From positions 64,001 through 128,000 of IMG/VR virus record IMGVR_UViG_3300027777_000023: a stretch of 64,000 nt of DNA. One strand, given 5' to 3'. A program made the position numbers and the translations under genes. Position 1 is the stretch's first letter, and each line of letters opens with the position of its first letter. Below, piece after piece: positions 30,290 through 39,508 of this stretch. Below the pieces are notes generated by a model that saw only the letters and a list, made by a program, of their open reading frames with translations, searched no databases and was not told where the DNA came from. This DNA comes from a virus.

Positions 30290-30782
30290 TATACATAAGA
30301 ACTCTATTCAAATCATCCCGCAGAGCATCTTGTTTACTATGCATTGCACTCACAAACCAGATGGCTCCCATAAGCTGAATAAAGATAGCCAAGGCAGTGC
30401 TTGTAAACAATCTTGTGAATAGCTGCTTCGTTGAGTTGTAACTATGCGCTGCTTGTCTTAAAAAGTCTAGATCTCTTGATATTGCCGAGAAATCTGCCTT
30501 TACAGCCTCTATCGTACCCCGCAACCCATTTCTACCGTCAACCCCAATACTGATATGCATTGCGTCTGTCACCTTTTCACGAGTTTCTTTAACAACACGG
30601 TCTAGTGCCTCATGCTGGGTTTTCCCTACCTCCACTATAGAGTCCATTCTCAATTTAAGATTAGTTAATTCTAAATCTAAAAGCCTTTTATACATATCTA
30701 AGTCAGCTTTTAAACAAATTAATTTGTGCTGCTCAGATATATTAGAATCTTCCGGGCTTGTTAAATTGTCGTCTTCCAACAT
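30237..30782 (-). CDS. Coiled-coil protein with one TM segment
   Basis: Heptad helices and the hydrophobic segment ALAIFIQLMGAIWFVS. Confidence 0.6.
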   Translation of the reverse strand: MLEDDNLTSPEDSNISEQHKLICLKADLDMYKRLLDLELTNLKLRMDSIVEVGKTQHEALDRVVKETREKVTDAMHISIGVDGRNGLRGTIEAVKADFSAISRDLDFLRQAAHSYNSTKQLFTRLFTSTALAIFIQLMGAIWFVSAMHSKQDALRDDLNRVLMYIDKQQQRYEPAKSFPTK

Positions 30783-30825
30783 AAGTCAAAGTGAGAATGG
30801 TTACTCTAGAGTATAAACTAACGGA

Positions 30826-31182
30826 CTATGATTGTCGCTTAATAATATCTATTTTTTGCTCCGGCTCACTGAGCTCTTCATCAGACACATAATAATTTAA
30901 CTCTCTAGCGTCGTATGTGGCTTCCTCTTGCTTGTCCAGAGGTTCTACCTGCTTTTTGCTGCCCTTGAACACAGAGCGTACAGAATCGTTATAGACCTTA
31001 TCAACGATCAATAACTCGCTCGTGCCTACTTCACCAAGATATATCCCTTTTCTGGGTACAGGAAGAGCATGCTCCACACAAGTCCATCGACTTTCAGGAA
31101 CACCCAGTGAAGCTAAGGCTTCTACGCGTTCCTGGGGAATTACTTTACCACTAACGATACATTTATAGATTTTATTAGTCAT
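30826..31182 (-). CDS. DksA/TraR-type Zn-finger-like protein
   Basis: KCIVSGKVIPQERVEAL..WTCVEH resembles the TraR/DksA C4 finger (partly degenerate). Confidence 0.55.
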   Translation of the reverse strand: MTNKIYKCIVSGKVIPQERVEALASLGVPESRWTCVEHALPVPRKGIYLGEVGTSELLIVDKVYNDSVRSVFKGSKKQVEPLDKQEEATYDARELNYYVSDEELSEPEQKIDIIKRQS

Positions 31183-31183
31183 T

Positions 31184-32953
31184 TTACTGTTGTTGAGGTT
31201 GTGCTGCTTGTTGTTTTGCTCCTGACAATCCCTGAGATTTAGATTGGGATGTCATTTGTTCGAGCTGTGCCTTTACCTGGGCGTATAACTCCTGGTCTTG
31301 TCCTTTAATTTGTTGTAGTTGTTCTCTGCGCTGTGCTCCGTCTAGAGGGAATAACTGCTGTGCGAGCTGCTGGGCCTTTTCCAGAGCGTCTTGAGGTGTA
31401 CCACCACCACCACCTCCACCAGGCTGCCCTGGTTGACCGCCTTGCTGCTGTCCCTGAAGCATCTGCATGAGATTCTGCTGCGTAGCCTGAGCAATCTGAT
31501 CTTTTTCTTTTTCTTCTTCTTGAATTTCCTGAGTAACGCGATCTTCGTGCATCTTTTTGCGTACCTGATCTTCGTAGTCGAAGTTGTATAGTTTGAGAAG
31601 CTCGCTTCTTGCGATAGAGTTTGCTGAAACTAACTGACCGATTACAGATTTGCGTTCCATATCGTCAGAGAACGTAATCGGAATTAACGATATCTTGGCT
31701 TTAGGCAATCCCATGATGTTACCCACAACCGTACCTACATGTGTAAGTAATTTGTTGTAGTTTGCTGGAATAACACTCCAAGCATTTTCAAACATACGAA
31801 GCATTGGTCCGGCGGCCTGTTGTTGAAAGGTCATTTCAAACATTTCCACAGGTACATCTAATGCATTAAGAATCATTTTTTTAGCGTACTCCATCATTTC
31901 TGTGGGTGCTAGCTTTGTACCTTCACCACCAAGTTGCTGATAATTCAACGGAAACGCGAACTTATGATACGAGCCTGGATCTCTTCTATGCTCTTCAATC
32001 ATATCATCTACAGCTCCACTCCACACACCACCGTTTTGATTCAATAGTGGGTTGGCTGCAGGATTACTGCCGTCGCCCATAGAAATAACCCTGAAAGGTG
32101 CGATATCCTCGAAGCAGATAACTTCATTATATCTTTTTAGGGTCTGCAACATAAACAGATCTTCAAAGATAAACATACTAGGAGGAATAGCCTTACCATC
32201 TGTGCGTATTGTGCTGGGAGTATCCAACTTCAAATGCACAAAGTTTTTTGTGTTAAACGAGAGCATTGTCTTATTAAAAACACAGTCGTAAACAACCTGG
32301 GGAGTTTTCTTGCTATAGAACTTATTGTTCTTTGTGGTTACCTTTTTACCGTACTGTTGAGGGATATCCCAAAAGTACTCACTTTCACCAGTTGTTTCTT
32401 CGTGACGTATTCTGATTTCTTTAGCGGGCCAATGAACCACATGAATTTTATCAACGTCATTAGCAGGCTTATCAATACACCTGTGCTCACCCTTATAACT
32501 GCATTTAAGGCAGCTCATGTAATACTTGCCTTTGTTGAACTCGTAATTCTGCAGTTTATCGATATTCGACGATTTGAAACAGACCGGGCAGCTTAGATAT
32601 CTATAGAACCCTTGATTTACTGTTATAAACTCATTACCATAGGCTAGTAAATTTAACCCAGCTTTTGCACATACACCCTTCCAATTAAGCTTATCAAAGA
32701 TCTCAGTATATTGCTTTTTTGCTTCCTCGTCATCACATTCAATAGACAACGAAGTGATAAAGTAGTTCGCAATTCTGTTCAGTGCCTGCTTATAAAAACC
32801 GTTTCTATAGAGAAAATGCTCTGCCCAAAGAAGCATGCCCTCAATGTTCATCGGCAAATACTGAAGCGGAATGTTATAAAATGGATTAGAATAACGGTCT
32901 CGACCATTATCACCGATTTTAAAATAGCTTTGGGGATCTTCTGCAGTAGTCAT
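31184..32953 (-). CDS. Probable portal protein with Zn-ribbon insertion and Gln-rich tail
   Basis: Size 589 aa; YKQALNRIANYFIT..GLNLLAYGNEF pattern seen in large-phage portals; CPVC..CLKC insertion. The portal call is an inference. Confidence 0.5.
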   Translation of the reverse strand: MTTAEDPQSYFKIGDNGRDRYSNPFYNIPLQYLPMNIEGMLLWAEHFLYRNGFYKQALNRIANYFITSLSIECDDEEAKKQYTEIFDKLNWKGVCAKAGLNLLAYGNEFITVNQGFYRYLSCPVCFKSSNIDKLQNYEFNKGKYYMSCLKCSYKGEHRCIDKPANDVDKIHVVHWPAKEIRIRHEETTGESEYFWDIPQQYGKKVTTKNNKFYSKKTPQVVYDCVFNKTMLSFNTKNFVHLKLDTPSTIRTDGKAIPPSMFIFEDLFMLQTLKRYNEVICFEDIAPFRVISMGDGSNPAANPLLNQNGGVWSGAVDDMIEEHRRDPGSYHKFAFPLNYQQLGGEGTKLAPTEMMEYAKKMILNALDVPVEMFEMTFQQQAAGPMLRMFENAWSVIPANYNKLLTHVGTVVGNIMGLPKAKISLIPITFSDDMERKSVIGQLVSANSIARSELLKLYNFDYEDQVRKKMHEDRVTQEIQEEEKEKDQIAQATQQNLMQMLQGQQQGGQPGQPGGGGGGGTPQDALEKAQQLAQQLFPLDGAQRREQLQQIKGQDQELYAQVKAQLEQMTSQSKSQGLSGAKQQAAQPQQQ

Positions 32954-32954
32954 A

Positions 32955-33116
32955 TTAGTTTTCTTCTGTTAGCTCTTTGACTGCTTTTGGATTGCCTAGT
33001 TTGTGTTTGTTTTGCTCATCAGCAACCAAGAAACCGTCAGCGTCGTAATACTCAGCTTTTTTAGTGTTGTTGAAGTCACTGAGCGACTCTTCAGTCAACA
33101 TTCCGTTTTTTTCCAT
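32955..33116 (-). CDS. 53-aa hypothetical protein (not in ORF track)
   Basis: Hand-translated MEKNGMLTEESLSDFNNTKKAEYYDADGFLVADEQNKHKLGNPKAVKELTEEN fills the gap between two minus-strand genes. Confidence 0.6.
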   Translation of the reverse strand: MEKNGMLTEESLSDFNNTKKAEYYDADGFLVADEQNKHKLGNPKAVKELTEEN

Positions 33117-33120
33117 AAAT

Positions 33121-33783
33121 TTATTCTTGATTTTCTTCTGGTACTTTAAATAAAATCATAAACTTTTTACTATTGACTGGCGAGTCAAAAGTAACTCCAG
33201 GATAGTATACTTCGACTCGTTCTCGTTGTGGTGTATGCAGTATCAACGTTTCACCCACCTTAGGCTCGAAAACGACAGAGTCCTCATCTTTGAAGATTAG
33301 CATATATGCTAGCTCGTGCTGTACCAAGTGCTCTACCTTAGCCTTCATTTTTCCAAATGAATTTTCAAACTGTATAGAATACTGAACTTCCTCAATTTCA
33401 GGTTGAGTTTGCGCTGCAGGGGTTGAATCGAGATACGTATTCATAGATACCTGCTTGACCTTGTTTTTCTTGCTCACTGTCTTCTTGTTTGTTTTTGTGT
33501 CTGTCTGGCTCGTTGTTCTGAGTAGTTTGCCACCACTACGCAACGCTGACTTTGTGAGCTCGTCTCCTTGTGCCTCTAGCTCACCAGCATCTCCATATAT
33601 AGAAACACCGTTGCTAAGTATCTTGGAGCCTGTGGCTGAGTAAACTGATTTAGCTGGGTCACTGCTACCGATAACCAGATCACCTGTCTTAAAAATACCA
33701 GAGTCCTGGTGCGCTTTGTGTGTATTGTCCATAATAATTTTATTGATTTTGTCTTTATATGCAGCTTGAGGTATAGTATACAT
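33121..33783 (-). CDS. Hypothetical protein (start may be the internal Met near 33732)
   Basis: Intact ORF heading the minus-strand block. Confidence 0.65.
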   Translation of the reverse strand: MYTIPQAAYKDKINKIIMDNTHKAHQDSGIFKTGDLVIGSSDPAKSVYSATGSKILSNGVSIYGDAGELEAQGDELTKSALRSGGKLLRTTSQTDTKTNKKTVSKKNKVKQVSMNTYLDSTPAAQTQPEIEEVQYSIQFENSFGKMKAKVEHLVQHELAYMLIFKDEDSVVFEPKVGETLILHTPQRERVEVYYPGVTFDSPVNSKKFMILFKVPEENQE

Positions 33784-33810
33784 ACCTGATAGTAACTAAT
33801 CTACAACTCT

Positions 33811-34497
33811 ATGCCAAAAAGTATTCAACTCTATAAGCAGAGCACAATTCCTGTTCCTGGGATTTCTTCAATGAAACTCGTTGTCGAGGCTCGTAACAAT
33901 CAAGAAATGACCGACAAGATTTTTGTGTATCAACGTATAAAAAATTTCGCATTGGGTGATTTTGAGGATACTTTTGTGGCTGTATGTACTCCCACACAAC
34001 TAGAAGATTTTGGTGAAAATTCTCCATCTGAGGGTTCGTCATACTATAGGTCTAATCGTGTTGAGCTTGTGGGAAGAACACCGGAAATGCTGCAAACTGT
34101 TTTTGAGTCTCTGCTTTTTGAGGTGAAGAAATTAGTTGTTGATCTTACTGATATGGATAGTTTGACGCAAGCTGAAATTTACAACATCAGTGCAATCGGT
34201 CCTGTGACCACTGCCGCGACAGAACCATCCGTTAATAATATATCCGCCGAGGCCACTAGTTTGTCACTCTTTTTTTCACGTCCTTCGGATGATGGTGGGT
34301 CTGCAGTACGGAACTATCAATATAGTCTTAATAATGGTGATGTGTGGATTACCAGGACGCCAACAAGTAACGCAAGTCCGTTAAGAATTACAGGGCTCGC
34401 CCCAGAAACCGCATACACGGTAATAATTCGCGCAATTACTTCATTTGGTTATGGTAGGCAGTCAAGTCCACAAGCAGCAACAACATTGGCTTTGTAA
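33811..34497 (+). CDS. Protein with C-terminal fibronectin type III domain
   Basis: PSDDGGSAVRNYQYS..W..LRITGLAPETAYTVIIRAITSFGYG. Confidence 0.8.
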   Translation: MPKSIQLYKQSTIPVPGISSMKLVVEARNNQEMTDKIFVYQRIKNFALGDFEDTFVAVCTPTQLEDFGENSPSEGSSYYRSNRVELVGRTPEMLQTVFESLLFEVKKLVVDLTDMDSLTQAEIYNISAIGPVTTAATEPSVNNISAEATSLSLFFSRPSDDGGSAVRNYQYSLNNGDVWITRTPTSNASPLRITGLAPETAYTVIIRAITSFGYGRQSSPQAATTLAL

Positions 34498-34584
34498 AAA
34501 GTTTACGAAAGTGCAAATTTTCCCTGTAAAAATTGTCTCGAGAAGGTATATATATCTAGTACGGGAAGATCTCTAAACTCAAAT

Positions 34585-34619
34585 CCGTACAATTTCAAAA
34601 AGTGGCTGAAATTGTACGG
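34585..34619. repeat. Perfect 13-bp inverted repeat in an AT-rich intergenic region
   Basis: CCGTACAATTTCA (34585-34597) / TGAAATTGTACGG (34607-34619). Confidence 0.9.
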
Positions 34620-34703
34620 GTATTGTACAAGTTATAAATAACTTAACTTAAAAGAGTTACAAAGATTTTCAAGTAAAAGACAAGTAACAAGGAAAAATTA
34701 AAA

Positions 34704-36197
34704 ATGACCAGATCACACATTATTCAGCAGTGCGTAAAGCTAAAGCAGCAGAAAAAGGGCATTGTCCCGTTTTTGAAAAAGCACGGGTATTCAGATAGAG
34801 AGATTGAAAATTTTAAAGTAGAGCTCCGGGGTGACCAGATTGAAGAGCTTCCTCGTAGGAACGTGCTCAATGACGATGTATTGGGTAAGACTGAATGGAA
34901 GAGTGACCTGAAGTTTACAGAGAAGTATGTATACAACAAAGAAACAGATAAGTACGTAATCTATCTAAAAGCTGCCAACGGTAACATCGTACTGAGTGGT
35001 GACATTGTCCGCAGTCTTGTAGAAAACTATTCCAATTGGTACGGTAAAGAACACAGCATCAACGAGATTTGCAGAAATTACAAAATCCCGCGCAACTATT
35101 TTAACGAACTAAAAGACATCCTGGGCATTACCCACGACTCAGAACCCATTACAAACGAAGAACTTCTTGAGCGTGATGTAGATGAGATTACTGAAGATCT
35201 ACTGCAAAAAAAGAAGTTTCAGCTATATCAGCAGTTCCAGAAACGTAGCTGGGAACAAACGCAAGATGCAGCAGACAAGTGGTTCAAGATGCAGGTGGGT
35301 GTGTATGACCCCTTCACAGAGTTTCTCAACAACTGGGAACCTCCGGTATATTTACCCATCAGGTATTCTGGACCAGCTAAAAGCAAATCCTCAGGCAAGA
35401 CCCTACTTGTAGGCCTATCCGACATTCACTTTGGTGCCAAGACTAATGCTCGCGAGTCTTATAGAGGTAAAGGCTATAGCACTGAAGAAGCTGTTGAATG
35501 TCTCCAGACATATAGTGAGAATATTAAAGACCTGGTGGAAGAAAGATGCTATACTTTCGACTCCTGCCTAATTGCGTCTCTTGGCGACATCCTGCATACA
35601 ACTGGTGCTGGATTTACAACCAAAGGCACTATGCTTGTACACGACTGTATCAAAGAAGAACAGTTTAACTTTGCTTTCGACAGTATAGTACGGTTCATCT
35701 CAGACATGCTCTCATTGTTTCCTAGAGTCGATGTGAAGAGCGTTAAAGGTAACCACAACGACTTTGGTGATTATGTACTGTTCAAGGCTATCGGTGCTTA
35801 CTTCAGATCTGAGCCAAGAATCTCATTTGATAACTTCCAAACAGACCACGGCCTGTTCAAAGTAAACAAATGCTTGTTTATTATCTCGCATGGCTACAGC
35901 GCTGAATACAAGGGTCGTCTTCCTGCTGCAGGTAAGGCTCGTGAAAGCTATATCACAAACTTGTTCTTGTCTAAACCTGAAGAACTCATCGGCGTTAATC
36001 AAAAAGTTCTTCTTACCGCAGATCAGCACCATCTAGAGATGCGCGAGTATGCCGAATTCGAGCATTATATGCTCAGCACAGCCGTTCGTGGTGACAAACA
36101 CTCTGAAGCTATGGGAATGAACAATAAGGCCCGGCAAAGCTGCTTTGTGATCGGTAATGAAGGTATCAAAGAAATCTTGTATTGCTACAGTAAGTAA
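34704..36197 (+). CDS. Calcineurin-like metallophosphoesterase with N-terminal extension
   Basis: LSDIHFG, LGDILH, KGNHND, ISHG, DQHH. Confidence 0.85.
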   Translation: MTRSHIIQQCVKLKQQKKGIVPFLKKHGYSDREIENFKVELRGDQIEELPRRNVLNDDVLGKTEWKSDLKFTEKYVYNKETDKYVIYLKAANGNIVLSGDIVRSLVENYSNWYGKEHSINEICRNYKIPRNYFNELKDILGITHDSEPITNEELLERDVDEITEDLLQKKKFQLYQQFQKRSWEQTQDAADKWFKMQVGVYDPFTEFLNNWEPPVYLPIRYSGPAKSKSSGKTLLVGLSDIHFGAKTNARESYRGKGYSTEEAVECLQTYSENIKDLVEERCYTFDSCLIASLGDILHTTGAGFTTKGTMLVHDCIKEEQFNFAFDSIVRFISDMLSLFPRVDVKSVKGNHNDFGDYVLFKAIGAYFRSEPRISFDNFQTDHGLFKVNKCLFIISHGYSAEYKGRLPAAGKARESYITNLFLSKPEELIGVNQKVLLTADQHHLEMREYAEFEHYMLSTAVRGDKHSEAMGMNNKARQSCFVIGNEGIKEILYCYSK

Positions 36198-36198
36198 C

Positions 36199-36642
36199 AT
36201 GAAAATTTATAGCACACTTCTAGCTTCATTATTTGCTTCAAGTTTACTGTTTGCTGGGGCCGCCGCCGATAAATCAAAATCGGTGGTGCCTGGCTATGGA
36301 TTAAAGCTTGGATTAGAAAGCTATCTCACCAGCACCACTGGTGTGTTATCTCCAGCACAGATCATTAACACGCCGATAGGCTCAATGATAAAGATCTATC
36401 GAACTGATGGTTTCTGCTATCAAGGACAGGTAACACAGATCGAAGAAACTGATGAACATTTCAAAATATATGGCACGATAACTAATGTACCCAACACAGG
36501 ATTTGGGTTTGCTCTAGCTAAAGGAGGAATATTTGCTGGAGCTGTTGTTGAAAGAAATGATTCAAAGGTGTACACAGTAGAATTTAGTGAGTTGCACAAA
36601 GGTTATGTGTTTGTGCGTTCAACAAAACACGAAAGAATCTAG
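36199..36642 (+). CDS. Secreted hypothetical protein
   Basis: Signal-like MKIYSTLLASLFASSLLFAGAAA; start moved to 36199. Confidence 0.65.
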   Translation: MKIYSTLLASLFASSLLFAGAAADKSKSVVPGYGLKLGLESYLTSTTGVLSPAQIINTPIGSMIKIYRTDGFCYQGQVTQIEETDEHFKIYGTITNVPNTGFGFALAKGGIFAGAVVERNDSKVYTVEFSELHKGYVFVRSTKHERI

Positions 36643-36664
36643 GTGATATTTTTAGGGTTATTTT

Positions 36665-36682
36665 TGGTATAATATATTGAGG
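36665..36682 (+). promoter_or_regulatory. Extended -10 promoter TGGTATAATATATTGAGG
   Basis: Identical to the element at 26321. Confidence 0.7.
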
Positions 36683-36715
36683 GAGCTACAACTAGCTTTC
36701 ACAACTAACCCTAAT

Positions 36716-37190
36716 ATGAAAACAAAAGAACAAGCCGTCCTTAAACCACATGATTCCCAACCCACCCAAAAAACGCAAGCAATTGCGTACTGGTGTGTAG
36801 TGATTATAGATCTACTAACTATCAAGTACGCAAGTACTAACTTTTGGGAAAGTATATTACTGCTGTGCCTTGGAGGCACAAGTGCAGTGCTCATGCTGCA
36901 GTCGGCGTCAATTTGGAGAAAAGAATGACCATATGATCTCAGCAAAGTATTATACGAAAGACCATCACAAGGACAGGCGGAAAGCCGTAAGAATGGGAGG
37001 GATGTTCAAATTCCCTTCCAACAGTTCTAGGGAGGAAACACTAAAACAGCTGGAGATAGCCAGTGCGCTAATTAACAGCCTGTTTGATGACGATACCATC
37101 ACCAGAGAAATTCGATTTATCTGGACAATAGATGGGGTCGAATTAAAGACTGAATACAGTCTGCCAGAATCGTTGGAGTTATTTAGATAA
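36716..37190 (+). CDS. Two small hypothetical ORFs (36716-36928 membrane-type, 36933-37190)
   Basis: Downstream of the 36665 promoter and upstream of tRNA-Arg. Confidence 0.55.
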
Positions 37191-37197
37191 ATTAAAT

Positions 37198-37274
37198 GCA
37201 CCTGTAGCTCAGTCGGATAGAGCAACGGATTTCTAATCCGTCGGTCGTTGGTTCGAATCCAACCAGGTGCACCA
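37198..37274 (+). tRNA. trnR: tRNA-Arg(UCU) with encoded CCA
   Basis: GCACCTG/CAGGTGC acceptor stem, anticodon arm ACGGA-TTTCTAA-TCCGT, T loop GGTTCGAATCC, 3' ACCA. Confidence 0.97.
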
Positions 37275-37285
37275 ATTTAAAATTT

Positions 37286-37957
37286 ATGGATAACCACGAA
37301 ATGGTCATCCAGAGCACAGAGAAGCGTGAGTCACATAAAAGGATTAACGCTTTTTTTATGCCTTGGATAGACTTCTATTTCGGTAAGGGAGCTACAATAG
37401 CGACCATGCCGGCCCAGTCAGGAATACAGGAAACAGAGCTACTCAATCACATCGAGCATCTTGAATCCTGCAAAAAGAAAGCTGGTCGAATAAAGTTTCT
37501 AACTTTCGACCGAGAGTTATCCGCAAAAGAAACAAACATACATTGCCACCACAACGGCAGAGTATGGCAGCATCATATAGATGATGTTTTTGCGGGATTG
37601 TTAAAATACTCGTCGCTAGATAATCATGCGGTGTGGTTCGACCTTACTGGAGGTCTTTCAGACAAGAATCTGGAAGGCGTCTCTAAGTGTGTGGCCAAGC
37701 TCTTCAAACCGGGCAGTCTGTTGTTCATGACTTTCCAGATACATGCCGTAAGGTGTTTATCAAGGAATGAAACGTTGCAGACATATCAGAGCACAGCAAA
37801 CACCCCAACGGGTAATGTTGTGCACACCGAAACGTTGATTGAACACGCAGTGAAAAGACAAACAGGCAAAAGCCTCGTCAGGCTAATGCCTACGTACACA
37901 TACAAACGGGACGAAAGTCCCACCACTTGGGGAGTATTCGGTTATATAGTAAAATAA
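37286..37957 (+). CDS. Hypothetical protein, possibly a degenerate class I SAM-methyltransferase fold
   Basis: TIATMPA..FLTFDRE..AVWFDLTG..GSLLFMTF strand order is Rossmann-like; weak support. Confidence 0.4.
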   Translation: MDNHEMVIQSTEKRESHKRINAFFMPWIDFYFGKGATIATMPAQSGIQETELLNHIEHLESCKKKAGRIKFLTFDRELSAKETNIHCHHNGRVWQHHIDDVFAGLLKYSSLDNHAVWFDLTGGLSDKNLEGVSKCVAKLFKPGSLLFMTFQIHAVRCLSRNETLQTYQSTANTPTGNVVHTETLIEHAVKRQTGKSLVRLMPTYTYKRDESPTTWGVFGYIVK

Positions 37958-37960
37958 GTT

Positions 37961-38801
37961 ATGAATAATATATTCAAAGTAATGGGTGTCGGGATTCCAA
38001 ATCATCAGATGGAGAAACCGGGAGACTATCTGGGAGCGTCAATGCTTCAAGAGCAACTCGAAAAGTATTCAGCGTTGCTAAAACAGCTCAGCGAGGAGAT
38101 GGGTATCTTCAGGGACGCTGAGCAGCGGGCTCGAGCAGCAAAACTTGTTGTAGCGAGTAAATTCACAGCAGTTGAAAGGCTGCTGAATCAAACTCAAGCA
38201 GCCGTAGCTATCTTGAGTGGGGAGGAACCACCAGCAGCAATACCAACACCTGCCGCAAAGGTGCAAGTGGTGTATAAAGAAGGAACACAAAAACGCTTTG
38301 CGCGAAGAGGTCCCATGGACGTGTCACAGGCGGTGCAGGATCTGGGTGGGTCCGCGCGCACCACCGAGATACTGAATAGGATGGCGACCAACATGGGTTG
38401 CTCATGGACATGTGCCCGCAATGTGTTCTACACCTACAAGTCGACAGTGCTATTATCTTGTAATGGTGTAGGTGACAACTCGTCGGTAGGCTGGAAACTA
38501 AAGGAGGAATATGCGAACAATTAACATAGCAAGTATGCTAATAATAGTGACAGTCGTCGCTAGCCTTGGTCTATCCTCAAATAAGCCTGCTGTTGTTAAT
38601 GGCCGAACTCAATCGTCAACCGTGGGGTATTGCCCGGCTGAGGCGGTTGCAACGGTTGACGATACCAAAAGCGATCGGTGGGACAGTGAATATATTCACT
38701 GTAAGATATGCTGGCAAGGAGCGTTATTACCCGATAGTACAGGGGTAGTCCGCTGCTCCTATTGCGGAAAGCCGCAAAAGAAAGAAATTGCAGCAAACTA
38801 G
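37961..38801 (+). CDS. Coiled-coil/HTH-like protein (37961-38524) and small membrane-anchored CxxC..CxxC protein (38511-38801)
   Basis: Heptads plus a GGSARTTEIL helix; N-terminal hydrophobic segment with CKIC/CSYC. Confidence 0.6.
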
Positions 38802-38829
38802 CTGTTCCCCTCCCCCACCCCTGAACAGA

Positions 38830-38876
38830 AAGAAGCCATTCGCCTAGAGATAGGTTGGGTGGCTTCTTTTTTAGCT
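38830..38876 (+). terminator. Rho-independent terminator with T-tract-AGCT tail
   Basis: AAGAAGCCA / TGGCTTCTT stem, then TTTTAGCT. Confidence 0.85.
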
Positions 38877-38945
38877 ATCAGGTACCCCCCCTCCCCTCCC
38901 CCAGGGTATAAATAGGTAGGTGTGTGGTATAATACTTTGAATCAG
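38867..38945 (+). repeat. Terminator-tail/C-tract/promoter cassette, copy 1
   Basis: TTTTTTAGCTATCAGGTAC-C7-T-C4-T-C5 ... TATAAATAG-N9-TGGTATAAT-ACTTTGAATCAG; related copies at ~39410-39500, ~39885-39960 and ~45400-45480. Confidence 0.9.
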
Positions 38946-39416
38946 AGTTGTGTAGATATAGCGTAAAACCTATATTTATATTAACCGGCAATGATTCGCT
39001 GCGTATTCCCCGGCACGAGGATACAGCTAGGGTTAAGCTAGATCTCTGTATGTACAAGCAGAGAAGCCCGGTCGGTCGTCCCTGCCAGACACATAACAAT
39101 GGTTCCACTCGTGGCAGGAGAGTGAAACCAAAACCCTCACCCATGGGTGGGTCACCTATTAGGTGACCCAAGGGTCGCGCCAAGTTGACAAGCCAGGGTC
39201 TTCAATTACAGTTTAATCAGCTATAGCAAACCTCGAGGCGGCGAGAGAGGCTATAGTATGATCTGTAATTATGAAAAGTAGCTGAAAGGCTCACCTAGCT
39301 AAAGATGGACAAGATACATCTAAAAACCCGGATTAAGGGCTAACAATCCTTATGGGCTAAAATCTTCAACCGATAAATGGTCGGCAATGGAGTAAAAGCG
39401 TTAACGCGCTTTTTTT
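38941..39416 (+). ncRNA. Candidate large structured non-coding RNA (~475 nt)
   Basis: Has its own promoter (-10 at 38928-38933) and terminator (39394-39416), about ten complementary stems, a 7-nt loop-loop complementarity, and no convincing ORF. Confidence 0.7.
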
Positions 39417-39500
39417 AGCTATCGGGTACCCCCCCTGTATAAATAGTAGTTTGAGTGGTATAATACTTTGAATCAGCGGCCAGTAACTGCTGATAGTTTT
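39410..39500 (+). repeat. Terminator-tail/C-tract/promoter cassette, copy 2
   Basis: 39456-39500 is identical over 45 bp to 45436-45480 (TGGTATAATACTTTGAATCAGCGGCCAGTAACTGCTGATAGTTTT). Confidence 0.9.
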
Positions 39501-39508
39501 TGTTTGTT

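Noticed and set aside
11989-37274. High similarity between tRNA-Thr and tRNA-Arg arms suggesting anticodon recruitment
   Set aside because: The shared segments are largely generic tRNA consensus, and each tRNA has a normal distinct acceptor stem.
38948-39166. 72-aa ORF as the product of cassette 1
   Set aside because: It has a TTG start and covers under half of the transcription unit, and the extensive base-pairing across the whole unit explains the region better.
38941-39416. tmRNA, RNase P RNA, group I or group II intron identity for the structured RNA
   Set aside because: There is no tRNA-like 3' end with CCA, no GAGGAAAGUCC-type RNase P core, no GUGYG start or domain V, and it does not interrupt a gene. 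An Rfam scan is still needed.
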